From Klebsormidium nitens (lineage: Eukaryota; Plantae; Klebsormidiophyceae): a stretch of 64,000 nt of DNA. The notes beneath the pieces are model-generated. The model was not told the DNA's origin and ran no database searches. It saw nothing but the letters and a program-made list of their open reading frames with translations. This document shows, one piece after another, positions 1 through 11,800 of this stretch. The translations under genes were made by a program, and so were the position numbers. The stretch is from contig DF237026.1 of the NCBI GenBank assembly GCA_000708835.1, forward strand, positions 169,151 to 233,150, given 5' to 3'. Every line of letters begins with the position of its first letter. Position 1 is the stretch's first letter.

Positions 1-1289
1 GGTCAGCATTCCGGGTCTGAGCGGCAGTGTAACAAAGGGCCGATGCTGCATTTAGTACTTGATTTGAATCTCCTGATGCAAAGGGTTGAGGAACCGGCTT
101 ATGTGTGTATGCATAGAGTTTCAAGCTGTCACATGCTTTGTTTGCTGTGTATGTTTTCTGCAGCATGTGATCAGCGGTAATGGCAGATGTAGGTGTTGTT
201 CTCGTGACCACTTTACAGGAGCCGCTGTTTTACCTGCTCAAATTTGTCTGTGCTTTCGTTTTCTTTTGGCAGACTCTATTGGCTCCTAACTTTCAGTCAT
301 CCTTTTTTCGGAAGTTTTCTGTCAAGTTGCTCCATCGAGAGATGGAAAGAAATGCAGCGAGCTAAATAGGGTTTCATCTTTTAAGCCAGCAAAGCCTCAC
401 AAATAATAATGCGGAGTCAGTCAGTTCCTTTCGTTGAAGGGTGCTTTTAGCGATTTCTGAGGGCCAGATTCGGTGGCCGCTCAGAAGCTGATGCACTGCT
501 AATATGCTAGTTCGATTGCTGATCATGGCTCGCTCTAAAAGGGCGCAGCAAGAAGAAGTGGTTGCATACATGGCTTTGAAGGTATGCCTTTCGCTCGTAG
601 GTTTATTTATGGATATTACCCCCCTTTTGTCATGGGCTGGACTATTCACTCTTTGGTCGTACTTTTGAGAAATTCGCTAGTCCAATATTCAATCCAATAT
701 TCAAGATTCGTCAAGCCAGCTGCTTCGAACTGCCTGACAGACGTCTTTGGAAGTTGGCTCCGTTGTCTGCAGAGATCTTTGCAATCCTTGGTCGTCCTGG
801 ATCGAGCAATCCTTGCTCGCCCTGGATGAGCACGTTGTCTCCTCACCTCTTGAACGATATACATGTGGAGTAGCTTGGATAGCTTGCACTGGGCGCCCCC
901 CAACAACATTCCTGCTGCTGAATCTTGTGAACTCAATATTTTGTTGTTCAAGTTTGAGGAGCCAACAGACCCAAGGTGCAAAAGGAATCATCAGCAGATG
1001 ATGTTGCCCTTTGCCCCTTAGAGAGAGGTGATCTGTAGTAGACTGATGTGTCGCCCCCATTTCAGAAACGATCTTCCGATCACGGCTCTTCACCAGTCAC
1101 AGTATTCACCTCACCTCCTCAGTGCACGTGGAGCTGCAATGATTCATGCGCCGATCAGCTAGCTTGCTGCAATGGCAGCATCAAGCCTGGCTTCTTCGCG
1201 TCTTGCTTTCATCCCCCGGATTTCCACACTAGGAGTGAATGTTTACCTTGAGCAAAGCAACTTCTGATGGGTAACTTTCTTGGTTTCAG

Positions 1290-1542
1290 TTTGAGCGAGC
1301 GGTACGAGGAGACTCTTATCGGGACTGGGGCGCTTGACGTGGAGCTGTTTAACCGGGGGATGCAGCCACTGCAGTACCCAATCAAGAAGAGGAGTACTGC
1401 TGGGCTCACAACCAGATACCTCGACGGGTGGTATTTGCTGTTCACATATGTTACCAAGCCGGAAGCGATCAAGGAGCTCACGAGCCAGTTCAAGTTCGAT
1501 GACGATGTTATTCGGGCGCTTACGTTCCGGAGGGATATGTAG
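1290..1542 (+). CDS. RPS6: Plastid ribosomal protein S6 (bS6c), 3' exon; 5' exon(s) not identified
   Basis: After the acceptor ttggtttcag the frame reads LSERYEETLIGTGALDVELFNRGMQPLQYPIKKRSTAGLTTRYLDGWYLLFTYVTKPEAIKELTSQFKFDDDVIRALTFRRDM*. This matches the plant plastid S6 motifs FNRG-x-PL-x-Y-x-I-KK, YLDG-x-YLLFTY-x-TKPE and DDDVIR. I could not find the exon encoding the N-terminal YET..LRPD strand. Confidence 0.85.
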
Positions 1543-4368
1543 AGGGGATGGACGAAGTTGTAGGACGAGTTGACGACGTAGAAAGGGTATTGAAGCACGT
1601 GACCAGCATACAGTACGCAGCATGTTTGTAGCTCGGGCAGCCAACCAAGTCTGGTTTGGCTGTCAAAGAGCCACGTAACACTGCAACGCATCTTGGCAGA
1701 TTTGCCTTCACTCCTGTACTGCAAGGTCGTTGTTTTTGTGCTATTTCTCAGCTTTCATATTTACTTGCCGGCCCGCAGGTGAGACACTGATTCGCTGTCG
1801 GAATGCATTCAATTTCCCTAAGCTCTAACTTCATTATGGATTGTGTAGCTGTGGCTGCATTTGCAAATATGGCGCTTGTTTGAGACGATCTGCCTACATT
1901 CCCTGGGCCTGAATTTGAGAGGTGGACTTCAAGAAGCATGTGCCATGCTGTACACGCTAGTCTTCGGCAATGGATGATGCATGGGCTGTTTGGCGCATCT
2001 GCGATCGGCTGTAACCAACAACGTGTTATCCGCGAGGCTAGTGACCTTTAATCTGAATGGCTTCCTCTTCACTTCAATTTCTTGCTTCAAATCGAAGTTC
2101 AATGAAAAAAGCATCCGTTGCGCTTGATCGACAGCGGCGGCATGCATGTAGGTGTCAAAACATATCAGAAACGTTCACATACAAGAACCGGCAGAATGAT
2201 GGCAACTTCTAGTTTATTAACGCCCTTAGCCACCATGGCCATGGAGCACGCGGTCTCCGGCATGTACCCGGGATAGTTTTCTTGCCACGGCTGCCAGTCA
2301 TGTCCAGCGATATGCAAGGCCTAACCTATATGTACGCTAACAAGCATTCAATCTAGCATGGTATGCATGAGCCTGAAGGGCAGATCAGCGGCAGAGTCTG
2401 GAGCTCCGGGCCTCAGGGCCAAGTGACTTCCACGCGTTATTATATTACGTACCTACTATATAAATGGAGTATCTGCCTGCAGTGCATGGGCCGCACTAGT
2501 ATGATTGCTTATGAATTCCATGCATGATATGCAATAATATACTCTTATGTGCGGATGGAACATGCGCAGACTCGAGATGCGCCGCACACAAACACAAAAT
2601 ACATCACAAGCTAGCTAGGGTGGGTATCGGCCGAGTCAAATTTGACTCGGGTTGCGACAATTTTGTTATACCCGGTATCGAATATCGTCAGCGATACCGG
2701 CGGTTCGCGTCACGCAGACTCAGGATTCTGTTACTCGTACGGTACAATTGCTCGGATTTTTTTGCTCGGCCGTGAGTATGTGTCATGGAGTTGTAAGGTA
2801 GTGTTATGTTTTACACTTTGCAAGAAGCATCAAATTAGGGCTCAAGTAGGAGGCTCATGCAGCATATAGAAGCTTTTGACATGCAAAAAAAAATGTTGGG
2901 AGGGCGTCATTAGGGGTCCTTTGAAGCCCCAAATTCATGTATTGTTGAGGACAAATCCCAAGAAGTAGCATACGAGGCGCAAAGTAGGCCGCCATTGTTG
3001 GTGCTTGAAAAGCGCCTTCTCTTACACTAGCCTTAGAATCTTGTGCACTATCCTTTCGGTCTTGGTACCGCGGTACTCCACCGTGGTTCAAGTCGGAAGT
3101 TTCGATCAAGACCCTTTATTTCAAATTGGTCGATCGCGCAGACTCCGACGGTACGGTACCGCCGGAAAGTATGGACTTTACCGTTGCGCGACTTGTCAGA
3201 AGATTGCCGATTTGTGAACTCGGAGCCGATTCTACAATTTCACCGAGTACGGTCGTCAGTACCGGTTACGACAATTGTCACGACGCGTGACACCGGTGTA
3301 ACAAATTTGAAACCGTATTGTAACCCGGTCGATACCGCCGAGACCCACCATAGGTTGCTTGTGATATATCATATATGCCGGACCGTACGCTGATCTCCAT
3401 GCATATATATGCAATACCATTGCAGCTTCACTGAGTGAGCCGCCAGTGGTCACTCGCTGGCCCGTCGATGACGTTGAATTTACAAGTTACGGTGTCCAAC
3501 CGCGGGCGACGCGCGCTCAGCGCGCTGCATGATCGAGCTCAGGCCGCGCCTGGGCCCAGCACTGAGCCATCCGGATTCAAGATATATTAATGACATGAGT
3601 CACGGCGGCACTATATCATTAATCGATTCACATAAATCATGGACGCAGATATTCATGAACCTGTTATGAATTGCGACATATCGCTCGATACACATGTACT
3701 TGTCTGCCCGGGGCCGGCCCACTGCTCAGATATGGTTCGCTTGCCAAGCTTTAAGGGCGCGCGAGCGCTTAGTATGTGCAAGAAATGATTGACCGTGACC
3801 TTCATCTGCAAGCCCCTAAATTTTGAGAAGCCTGCCAGCCGTAGTGGCATGCCAGCATGCCATGCCGCCCGGCCCGGCGGCGGCCTCGGCTACAACGTCC
3901 ACACGCTCATGCAAAGGGCTCAAGTCAAGCAAATCAAAACTTCATCAATTACTCAGAAAACACGACTTCAAACATGGACGGTAAGAAGGCAGACTGGGAG
4001 GCAGAGGGTTAAGTAAGTGAAGAGCCCGGCCGGATTTGTGCTGGAATACGCAATCGCTATCCAACGGTGAAGTCGAGCTGACAGAGAGTACTTCGCTTGC
4101 AGCAATAAGCGTGCAACTGATCCTGGCTTGCTGCCTCAAATGTACAGAAAGTTTCGCGCGCCAGGCCTCGTATCTACGCTGATCCCTCGAGCCACATTCC
4201 GATCAGGCCCGGCCGAATTGCATTGGCAATTCAAGCCCAAGCCTAAGCGGCTTTGAAAAAGAATGTCAAAGCGTGCACCGATAAAACAAGCATCGCAAGA
4301 AAAGCCCAAGTTTTGCGTCGCCTCTGATCCACTATGTATACGCGAGCCCAATCGACTATACGGCCCGC

Positions 4369-7300
4369 TTATGACGAATTCCGCTCGGATTTTGGGCCAT
4401 CTAAATAAGGCTTCGCGAGCACCGCCAGAACCAGCGTCCCCAGCGTCAGCACCGTGATGCACTCCCACGGAATGAACTGCGAGAGGGGGATGCGCAGCGC
4501 CACCGAGTATGACCACAGCGACCCCCCCAAAAACGGCCCCGCCGCGCGCGCAAACGCGCCGATCGAGTGGCTGAACCCCGTAACCGCACCCATGTTTGAA
4601 CTATCCGTCGAATTGCTGACGAGGACCATCGCCCCCGTGAACCCCATGCACGCCGCCACGTTCTTTTCGATCAGCAGGCCCGCGACCGCCCACCACTGCC
4701 ACGTGGCATTCGACGTCAGCAGCGACGTCAGCGGCATGAGGAGCGTCGCAGGGAGGTAGAGTAGGGTCCCGAGCGCGAAGCACGCACGCGCAGAGGGCGG
4801 GTTGAGCTTGAGAAAAACTAGGGTGAAGAGGAAAAGGACGGCGCCGGTAAGGCCCCCCAGGAGGCCGATGGTGGAAGCCGCGTAGCCGAGGCCGCCGCTC
4901 GCAGGGGACGCCGCGCCGAAGATGGGGAAGAGCTCGTCTGAAAGAGGACAATTAAGGGTGTCATGGTTAAGGACTTCGGACAAAGGAGAATTGAATGGCT
5001 TGTCCGAAGGGAGGGGGGGAGAAAGGTGGCGCACCGAAAATAGGGAACAGCTCGTCTGCAAGACGGGGGGACGCTAATGTTAGAGACTATACATCGAAAG
5101 CCAAGAACGGGGAAGGGCTTGTTTGGAACGGTGGGGAATGGTGGCTTTACCAACGACACTGACAGTCGACTGAGGGTCTGAAGACTTCAACTTGCAAGGT
5201 AGTCGTCTATAAGGAGCAAGGGAAGAAGCCAGTTCTTGAACTGCTGAGAATCCAGCCTGCCGAAGCTTCGCGATGCGACTCTGTCTCTTACAGGACAGAG
5301 TGGCCAATTTGACTCGGGAAGCACTTTGAAGCAGTTTGAAGCAGCACTCCTGTTACGTCAGCATTTCAACTTGGGAAGCAGCCCATCAGTCATTCTCTCT
5401 GCTCTGCCCTTCTAACGTCAACCGGCAATTCCCTGTTGTACCGATGTCGACTCGCATACACCTCGAATCTGTTTCTGAGAACCAAGCGTCACCAGACAAA
5501 GCAAGACCCGCAGGCAACCGAACCGCATAAGCTGCCACTACCGTTCAGTCACCGTCGAAAGACAGAAGCTGCCAAAAGAGATTACTTCACCCTCACCTCC
5601 GATGATGTGAATGAAAGCAGTCATCCCATACGTCCCAGAAGCAATCCACACGTCGGGGTCCTGCCAGTAGAACCGGTCCTTCGTGGCTGCCGCCCCGCCT
5701 TTGATTGAACTTGAAGCCCCGACCTTGTCGGGACCCGATTCTAGATCCGGTAGCTTCTCATACCGAACGCCGTCGACTTTCGTCCTCCCCTTTGCTGCGC
5801 CCTTCCCGTTTCCTATTCCTGTGAGCAAAACTCCCAGTTTCAGCTCGTCATGCTTTCCATCATTTGCTAGGCTATCCGTCTTCCCTCGCCCACTCACGGA
5901 CGGCTCAGCCGCTTCCTCTACGGTTCCTGCAAGCGCGTTTTCCTCCAGTCTAGTTCCCCTCGTCGCTGCCCCCCCGCTTTCCACCGCTCTCCTCTCCGTA
6001 GTAGTGTCAAAGTCCCCACTGAGCATCCCATGCTCGCCTCTTGACACCAGCTCCACTCCGTTCGCCCCACCGTTCACCTGAGCCACGATTCTAGCTACGG
6101 CGGATTCGCTGCTTCTTCCCACTTTGCTTTTACCGCTTGAACGAAGCTTGCTTTCCAGAGGTTCTAACAGAAACCCCCTCTCCTCGTCCCCCTCCGACCT
6201 TGCTCTAAAATCCTCTAAGGAGGCCTCAAGTTCACCAGACTGCCCTTCGCTAACAGACACACTCCCGGAACCCTTAGCCGGTTTTGTCTCGACCAGCTCA
6301 AACGTCTCGTCCTCAATCTTCGCAAACCCAGGTTCCTTAACGAGGGTCTCCCGCAGGAAAAACGTCGCGACCGCAGCGACGCCAGAGAAGAACGCGGCTC
6401 CAGCGCACGGGAGAATGAACGGGTACGTTTTCAAAACCGCTGGGCACTTTTCTATTCCGTACTGCTGACAAGGGCGTGCCCCCACGCCCCCAATGACTTG
6501 CCCCGCAATCGTACCGATGCCCCACCCGAGGCTCAGCACCGCAAACCCCTGCCGCTGGTTCGTTTTGTCACACAACTCCCCCAGGGTCGACTTGGTCACC
6601 GTGATAACCCCGTTCAGTAACCCGCCCACTAACCTCACGAGACACGCCATCGTGTAGCTGCCGGACAGTCCGAAGAGGAGAGCGGACACGGCTGCGACGA
6701 CGTTCCCAGAAAAGAGGACGGGTTTGCGCCCGGTGCGGTCCGAAACGGAGCCCCAGAAGAGGGAGGTGCAGAACTGGGCGAAGGGGAAGAGGGATGCGAG
6801 GAACCCGGCATAGCGGCCGACGAGGTGGGGGTTGTGCTCGGCGACCCCAAAGTCTGAAAAACAAAGAGTCAAACTTTAGCTTCCCATTTGAATGGACCAC
6901 GAAATTGTGAAACAAGGGGTACGCTTCCAGTTGAACTGCACCTCAAGATCTGGAGTTGCGCTCTCCCACTTGCTCGAAGTTAGATTGACAATCACAACGT
7001 GGAGCAAGGTCAGCAACCCAAAATTCTGGACAAGGGAACCTTCCGCTAACAAAAGGAGCGACGAAGTGGTGATTGTGGCACAGTTTTCTACTCTGTTCTT
7101 GCTCACTGGAAGGCCAGAATCTGCGAGGTCGGTACTTTCGGGGTGGTGTGGGCTTTGTCAACCAGATTGCGGAATCTAACGAGGAAGGATTGCTCAAAAA
7201 TCAACAGAGGGTTTTCTTGCCTTTGTCGAAGTTTGAGAAATGGAACATTCTCCTCTGCAAAAAGTCCATCTCAAACAAGAAGATCCTCTTCACCAATGCC

Positions 7301-8111
7301 AGAAGTCTCAAGAATCGGGAAGGGCATATGGGCAACACTTTGAAACCACTATTGCTGGATGGCAAGAATGGCTCAGATGGTCAATTGGACCCTGCTCCAA
7401 TCAAAAGACAGGTAGCGCTTATAAGCATGTCACTCAGATGGTATCTGTTTCTCCTTGGACCTTGCTGGATTGCTTCAAGTACATTCAAGCTTCTTCTGCT
7501 TAGAACCATACCACCTAAACATCGGCCTCAATCAACCAATGCAACAAAGCCTCCCTATGTTCAAGAGTCTGGATTGAAGACTGCTTCGCTTCAAGCAATC
7601 ATGTGGCCAAAATCTGTAGGTCCTACTTATCCAGTGATGTAGTCTCCCCCCTGGCAAGTATGCATGCTTGGCATGCACGATGATCACTACCATGTTTCAG
7701 TTCAGCCATGAGAAAGTCCGGAAAAGAAACCTACCATACACCCGACGTGCACAACCACCACCCCCATCAAGATAACGAACTCCAACATCTGAGCGAAAAT
7801 CCAACCAGCTAACTTGGTAGTACTTCTTCCAATCCCTACAAGCTTTCAACCTGAAGGCTCCTGATTCAACATCCAGACATCAAAACAAGACGGCCAAAAT
7901 CATCTTTGAAAGTCCTAGAGATGAATCAAGCAAAAGCCTCTCTCTCACCTGTGACCATGAACACAATCAGCGGGAACAGCATCGTCACTTGAAAGCCCTG
8001 ACTAAGGTGGATCAAAAAGATGACCACCATCTCAGTGCTCGGAAGGGGGGTCGTCGCAGGATCCGCCCTGGCTCCTGCTCCCACCACCTTTTTCCAGCTC
8101 CAGCGCCCCAT
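4369..8111 (-). CDS. MFS transporter, ZIF1/ZIFL-like (3 exons, ~662 aa)
   Basis: Exons 8111-7949, 6853-5597 and 4937-4369 join in frame through GT-AG introns. Motifs include LFPLIVFMVTDFG, GRYAGFLASLF, FWGSVSDRTGRKPV (MFS motif A) and MGAVTGFSHSIGAFARAAGP. A long low-complexity loop separates the two 6-TM halves. Confidence 0.9.
5020..5062 (-). repeat. Splice-acceptor echo of MFS exon 3 start
   Basis: Intronic ttgcag|ACGAGCTGTTCCCTATTTTCGGTGCG copies the true tttcag|ACGAGCTCTTCCCCATCTTCGGCGCG at 4937. Confidence 0.75.
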
Positions 8112-8875
8112 AGCAACGAAATAGTTCTGGCGCCGATGTGGCGCCACGCAAGAAAGTAACTTAGCTACTGGGTGGCTGGCTTAAAATCCCCATTGAGGCG
8201 CCAAATCATTGCAGGAACATTGCTGAGAGCTTGTAGCTTGATCTGGTCGTGACGTTTGCGTCGCTCGATCTTTGGCAGCCCTGCTTCTTGAAATATGAAC
8301 TTGGAAGTTCTAAGTTACTAATCTAAGCAGGCAACCATATTATTATTGGCATGAGCACGGGCCTGCGCCACGTCGCCAATTGTCGAGCTGCAGGCGCGCC
8401 CTTCTGATATGATCCGCTCGAAGTCTGGCCGCGGAACCGAAAAGCAGTCAGTCTTCGGAAACGGAATCTCGTTGTAGGCCAAGTCATCCCACGTGGACGC
8501 GGCGCGCATCCTGATTGGTCAAGAAGAGGTGATTGACAGCACTGGAGTCTGGGACGCGCATAATGCGCAGGAAGTACGCGTTACGCATGTGTTGTTCCTT
8601 CTTAACTTCCGACCCATGGACACTGGAAAGCTAGCTCTATTAATCGTGCCGAGACGCCTACCAGACTGGCTAACTGCCAACTTCTTAACCTTTTAGCGTG
8701 ACGCATCGACGATTCAGTCTCCTTCCCACGTTGAACCCTAATAATTTGCCCGTCATTATTGCTCAATCACGGAGAGGCAGCCAAAGCAGCTTCCACTGTC
8801 CACTTCTACGGCTCCCTGCAGATGAAGCACACGGCTTCACAAGCTGGAAGGAAAGGAGGCCTACTTTGATCTGCA

Positions 8876-11800
8876 ATGGCGGGCGTTCCTGCGCCGCGGC
8901 CCAAGCCGGAGCACCTCCTGCTCAAATGGGCCGGCACGGTCTTGGAAAAGTCTGAGGATGAGTGGACCGACGTTGACGCGTTCAGAGATGGGAGGCTGCT
9001 GCTAGAGTTGCTTGATCGCTTGTGGCTCGGGGGGAGTTCTAGCAATCAGACAGACAGCGATACCATTTTAGAAGCAGACATTCCCGGATCCAAGGTGGAC
9101 ACAATCTTTCAGGATGAAGGAGGAGGGTTCCAAGGTGGGGTCAGGATAAGCAGGGAAGCACAGCCTGAGCTGACACTGTGCGTGTCTCCAAAGACTCTGG
9201 CAGCAAAGGGCAAGGCTGCCGGTGTCAATCTGGACGTCTCGACATTGGAGAAGGTGAAGGAAGGGGATGGCGCGGCGCTCCACGAGACGCTGTTGTCCAT
9301 GTATCGGCCCTGGATCATGCAGAATGGGCAGAAAGGGGTCAGGCGGGTGTCTAAGGGGCAGGTTAGTGAGACCGCAAAAGTGAAGAAGACGGCAATTGGG
9401 GATGAAAGTGTGGAAGCTAGCAGTGGAGCTTCCGAAGGGGGGAGTGGGCTGAAGGTAACAGGATCAGAGAAGGAGGATGAGACTCAAGCAGGGGCGGGCG
9501 AGAATTCGCTCGGTGGTTCACAAGGCCAAAGTAAGTTGGTGGCGAGGGGGAAAGAGAAAGTGGGAGCTGGAGCTGCGAACAATCAAAAAGATTCTGAGAG
9601 AGCTCCAGAGGCGCTGGAAGGGGCACAAAAAGATGCACCAATGGCAAGAAAAGAAGAGGAGAGAGCAGAAAACGCGGTGGTTGCGGCGAGGGCAGAAACA
9701 CTTAGGGGCGGCGCAATAAGTGCTGACATACCTCCGGGGGCGGCAAGTGTCGCATCGGCAGCCGGTGAGCCAAGCCAACCAGGGAAGAGAGCGAGGGCGA
9801 ACGTTTTGAAGCAGCTCAACACGAAAGCAAGAGCTGGGTTAGTGGCTGGTCACATCGAGAAGATTGCTTCACCAACGTCAGCTGGCGAGTTCGTCGGCAG
9901 AGCTGGGGACAGGATTCAGAGTGGGGTGTCTCCAGCTTTGGTTGAAAGTGATGGGGTTCAGGCTGCAGATCTGGTTAGGGAGGGGGCAGACGCAACCAGC
10001 GAGGAAGAGAAGCAGGATGTCGCTGTCACGACGAAAGGGAGCCCCGCAAATCCGGAAGTTAAAGATGCAGAAAGCGATGGTGGCTCATCTTCATCGCTGT
10101 CGGTCCAGGACAAGAAAGTGATACTCAGCGACAGTGCCAAGTCGGAGACCCTGAGTGGGTCCGCGACAACGGGGTCAGCGAAACAGACAAGGTTTGAGAA
10201 AGCGGCGGAGCCAGACAGAAATGGCGACAGTGGAGACGGCGCCAAGTGGCGGGCTCCCCTTCCGCCGCGATCAGCGTACAGTGCTTCAGACGGCCAGCTG
10301 ATGTCGGCACGGGCCTGGCTCGCCGACATCATCGCTGGTGTCAGCGCTGATGTCAGCGAACGTCCCAGCCCGCCCGAGTTTGAGAGCGGGGTCGCGCATG
10401 TCCGCGCCTGCGAGCTGCTGCTTGACACCAATTCCGACTCCGAGCTGAGGCGATTCGGAGTTGACGAGCCGGTGTCAATGACTGAGAGGCGGGTGACATT
10501 TGTGTATGAGCAGCTGAGGTCGCATGGTGCAAGGGTGTCGAACCTGAGGCGGCGGAAGAGGTCTAGCGGGGGAGCGATCGACGGGGAAAAGCTAGGGGCG
10601 GAGGCAGAGATCGAGTTGGCTGAGACGCTGATGTCAGCGGCCGCGGAGCTGGGGTTGAGCGTTCCGAGGGCGGTGGAACGGATCAGGTGAGCTACGATAT
10701 CACTGCTGAAATTTGTCGAGCGTTGAAGGATTTCTTGACTCTCCAGCGAAGTTGTTGTGTTCTTTCCCTGCAATCGTTACTTCACATTCTTTTGGATTGG
10801 ATTGAGCGGTTCAGAACGACCATGCAAGAGTTGCCCTGAATGCCATTGGACCCTTGAGGACATTGTTGAGAAATCAGGGCAATCCCGTTCTGAAGTCGAG
10901 CAACTGCAAAACGTCTTCTGTCAACCACCTTTTGGCAACAGAAAGGCAGCTTCCGACTGCATATAGTCCCTCCTGTCGAAAACTTCACGCCGCTGTCGAC
11001 TCCGAGGAAAGTCGAGAGCATCCACCCTTACAGCTCTTTCTTCTCTATCTGACGACGACCTCAAAAGATACCAAAGTCACGCACACGGGTTCCGATGCAA
11101 CTGTACTACCAATGGGATCTAATGGAGGGCATATTGAATTTCTCACTCGACACTCTCTGCTTCATACTGCAGGGAGCTGACTGGTGTGAAAGAACACCCG
11201 TACGATTGGGAAGACGCCCTCCAACTGTGGGTCAACGCAGTCCTGGCGGATCACCACAGCAGGACACCTGTCAAAGACGCGAAAGCCGACGAAGGGTGAG
11301 CTAATGCTCCTGTCCTTTCTGTTTCCTGCTCTTTGAATCTGTCGAGGGCATTAACGAAGTGCGGCGCGGGCAAATCCGGGAAACTCTACGTAGATACGAG
11401 AGTCGAGTTGAACGGTGAGGCTTTCGAGGACGCCTGATGGAGTAGCTTGGTCGACAATGACTCGTTCTGAACCCAAGGCTTGACGGAAAGGAAGTGAATC
11501 CAGATGTGACGTCATTGCGAGACTTCCAAGAATGTCATCAGGACGATGTCGTCTCAACATGTTGGGAGTGCCAGTAACTGATTGCCGTCTATCTCGTTTG
11601 AAATTTATTTGAAACTCAGCTCTGACAATCATGGGGTCGTGAACCAAGCGTTTGACGCGTAGATTTCACCTGTATTCCTGAGACGACGGGAGCCTGGAAT
11701 GCAAACACTCAAATCTCAGGCCCTTGACGGGAGGAAAGGATTGGTAGGCAGCAGCCTCTCGCCTGTTCCTTGAACCGCATGCAGTATCAAATGATATTGA

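Noticed and set aside
160-600. Possible short exons (e.g. 297-365; MARSKRAQQEEVVAYMALK|gtatgc)
   Set aside because: Splice-like signals are present, but there is no coherent model or homology.
7073-7642. 189-aa plus-strand ORF in MFS intron 1
   Set aside because: No ATG near its start, no recognisable domain, AT-rich intronic composition.
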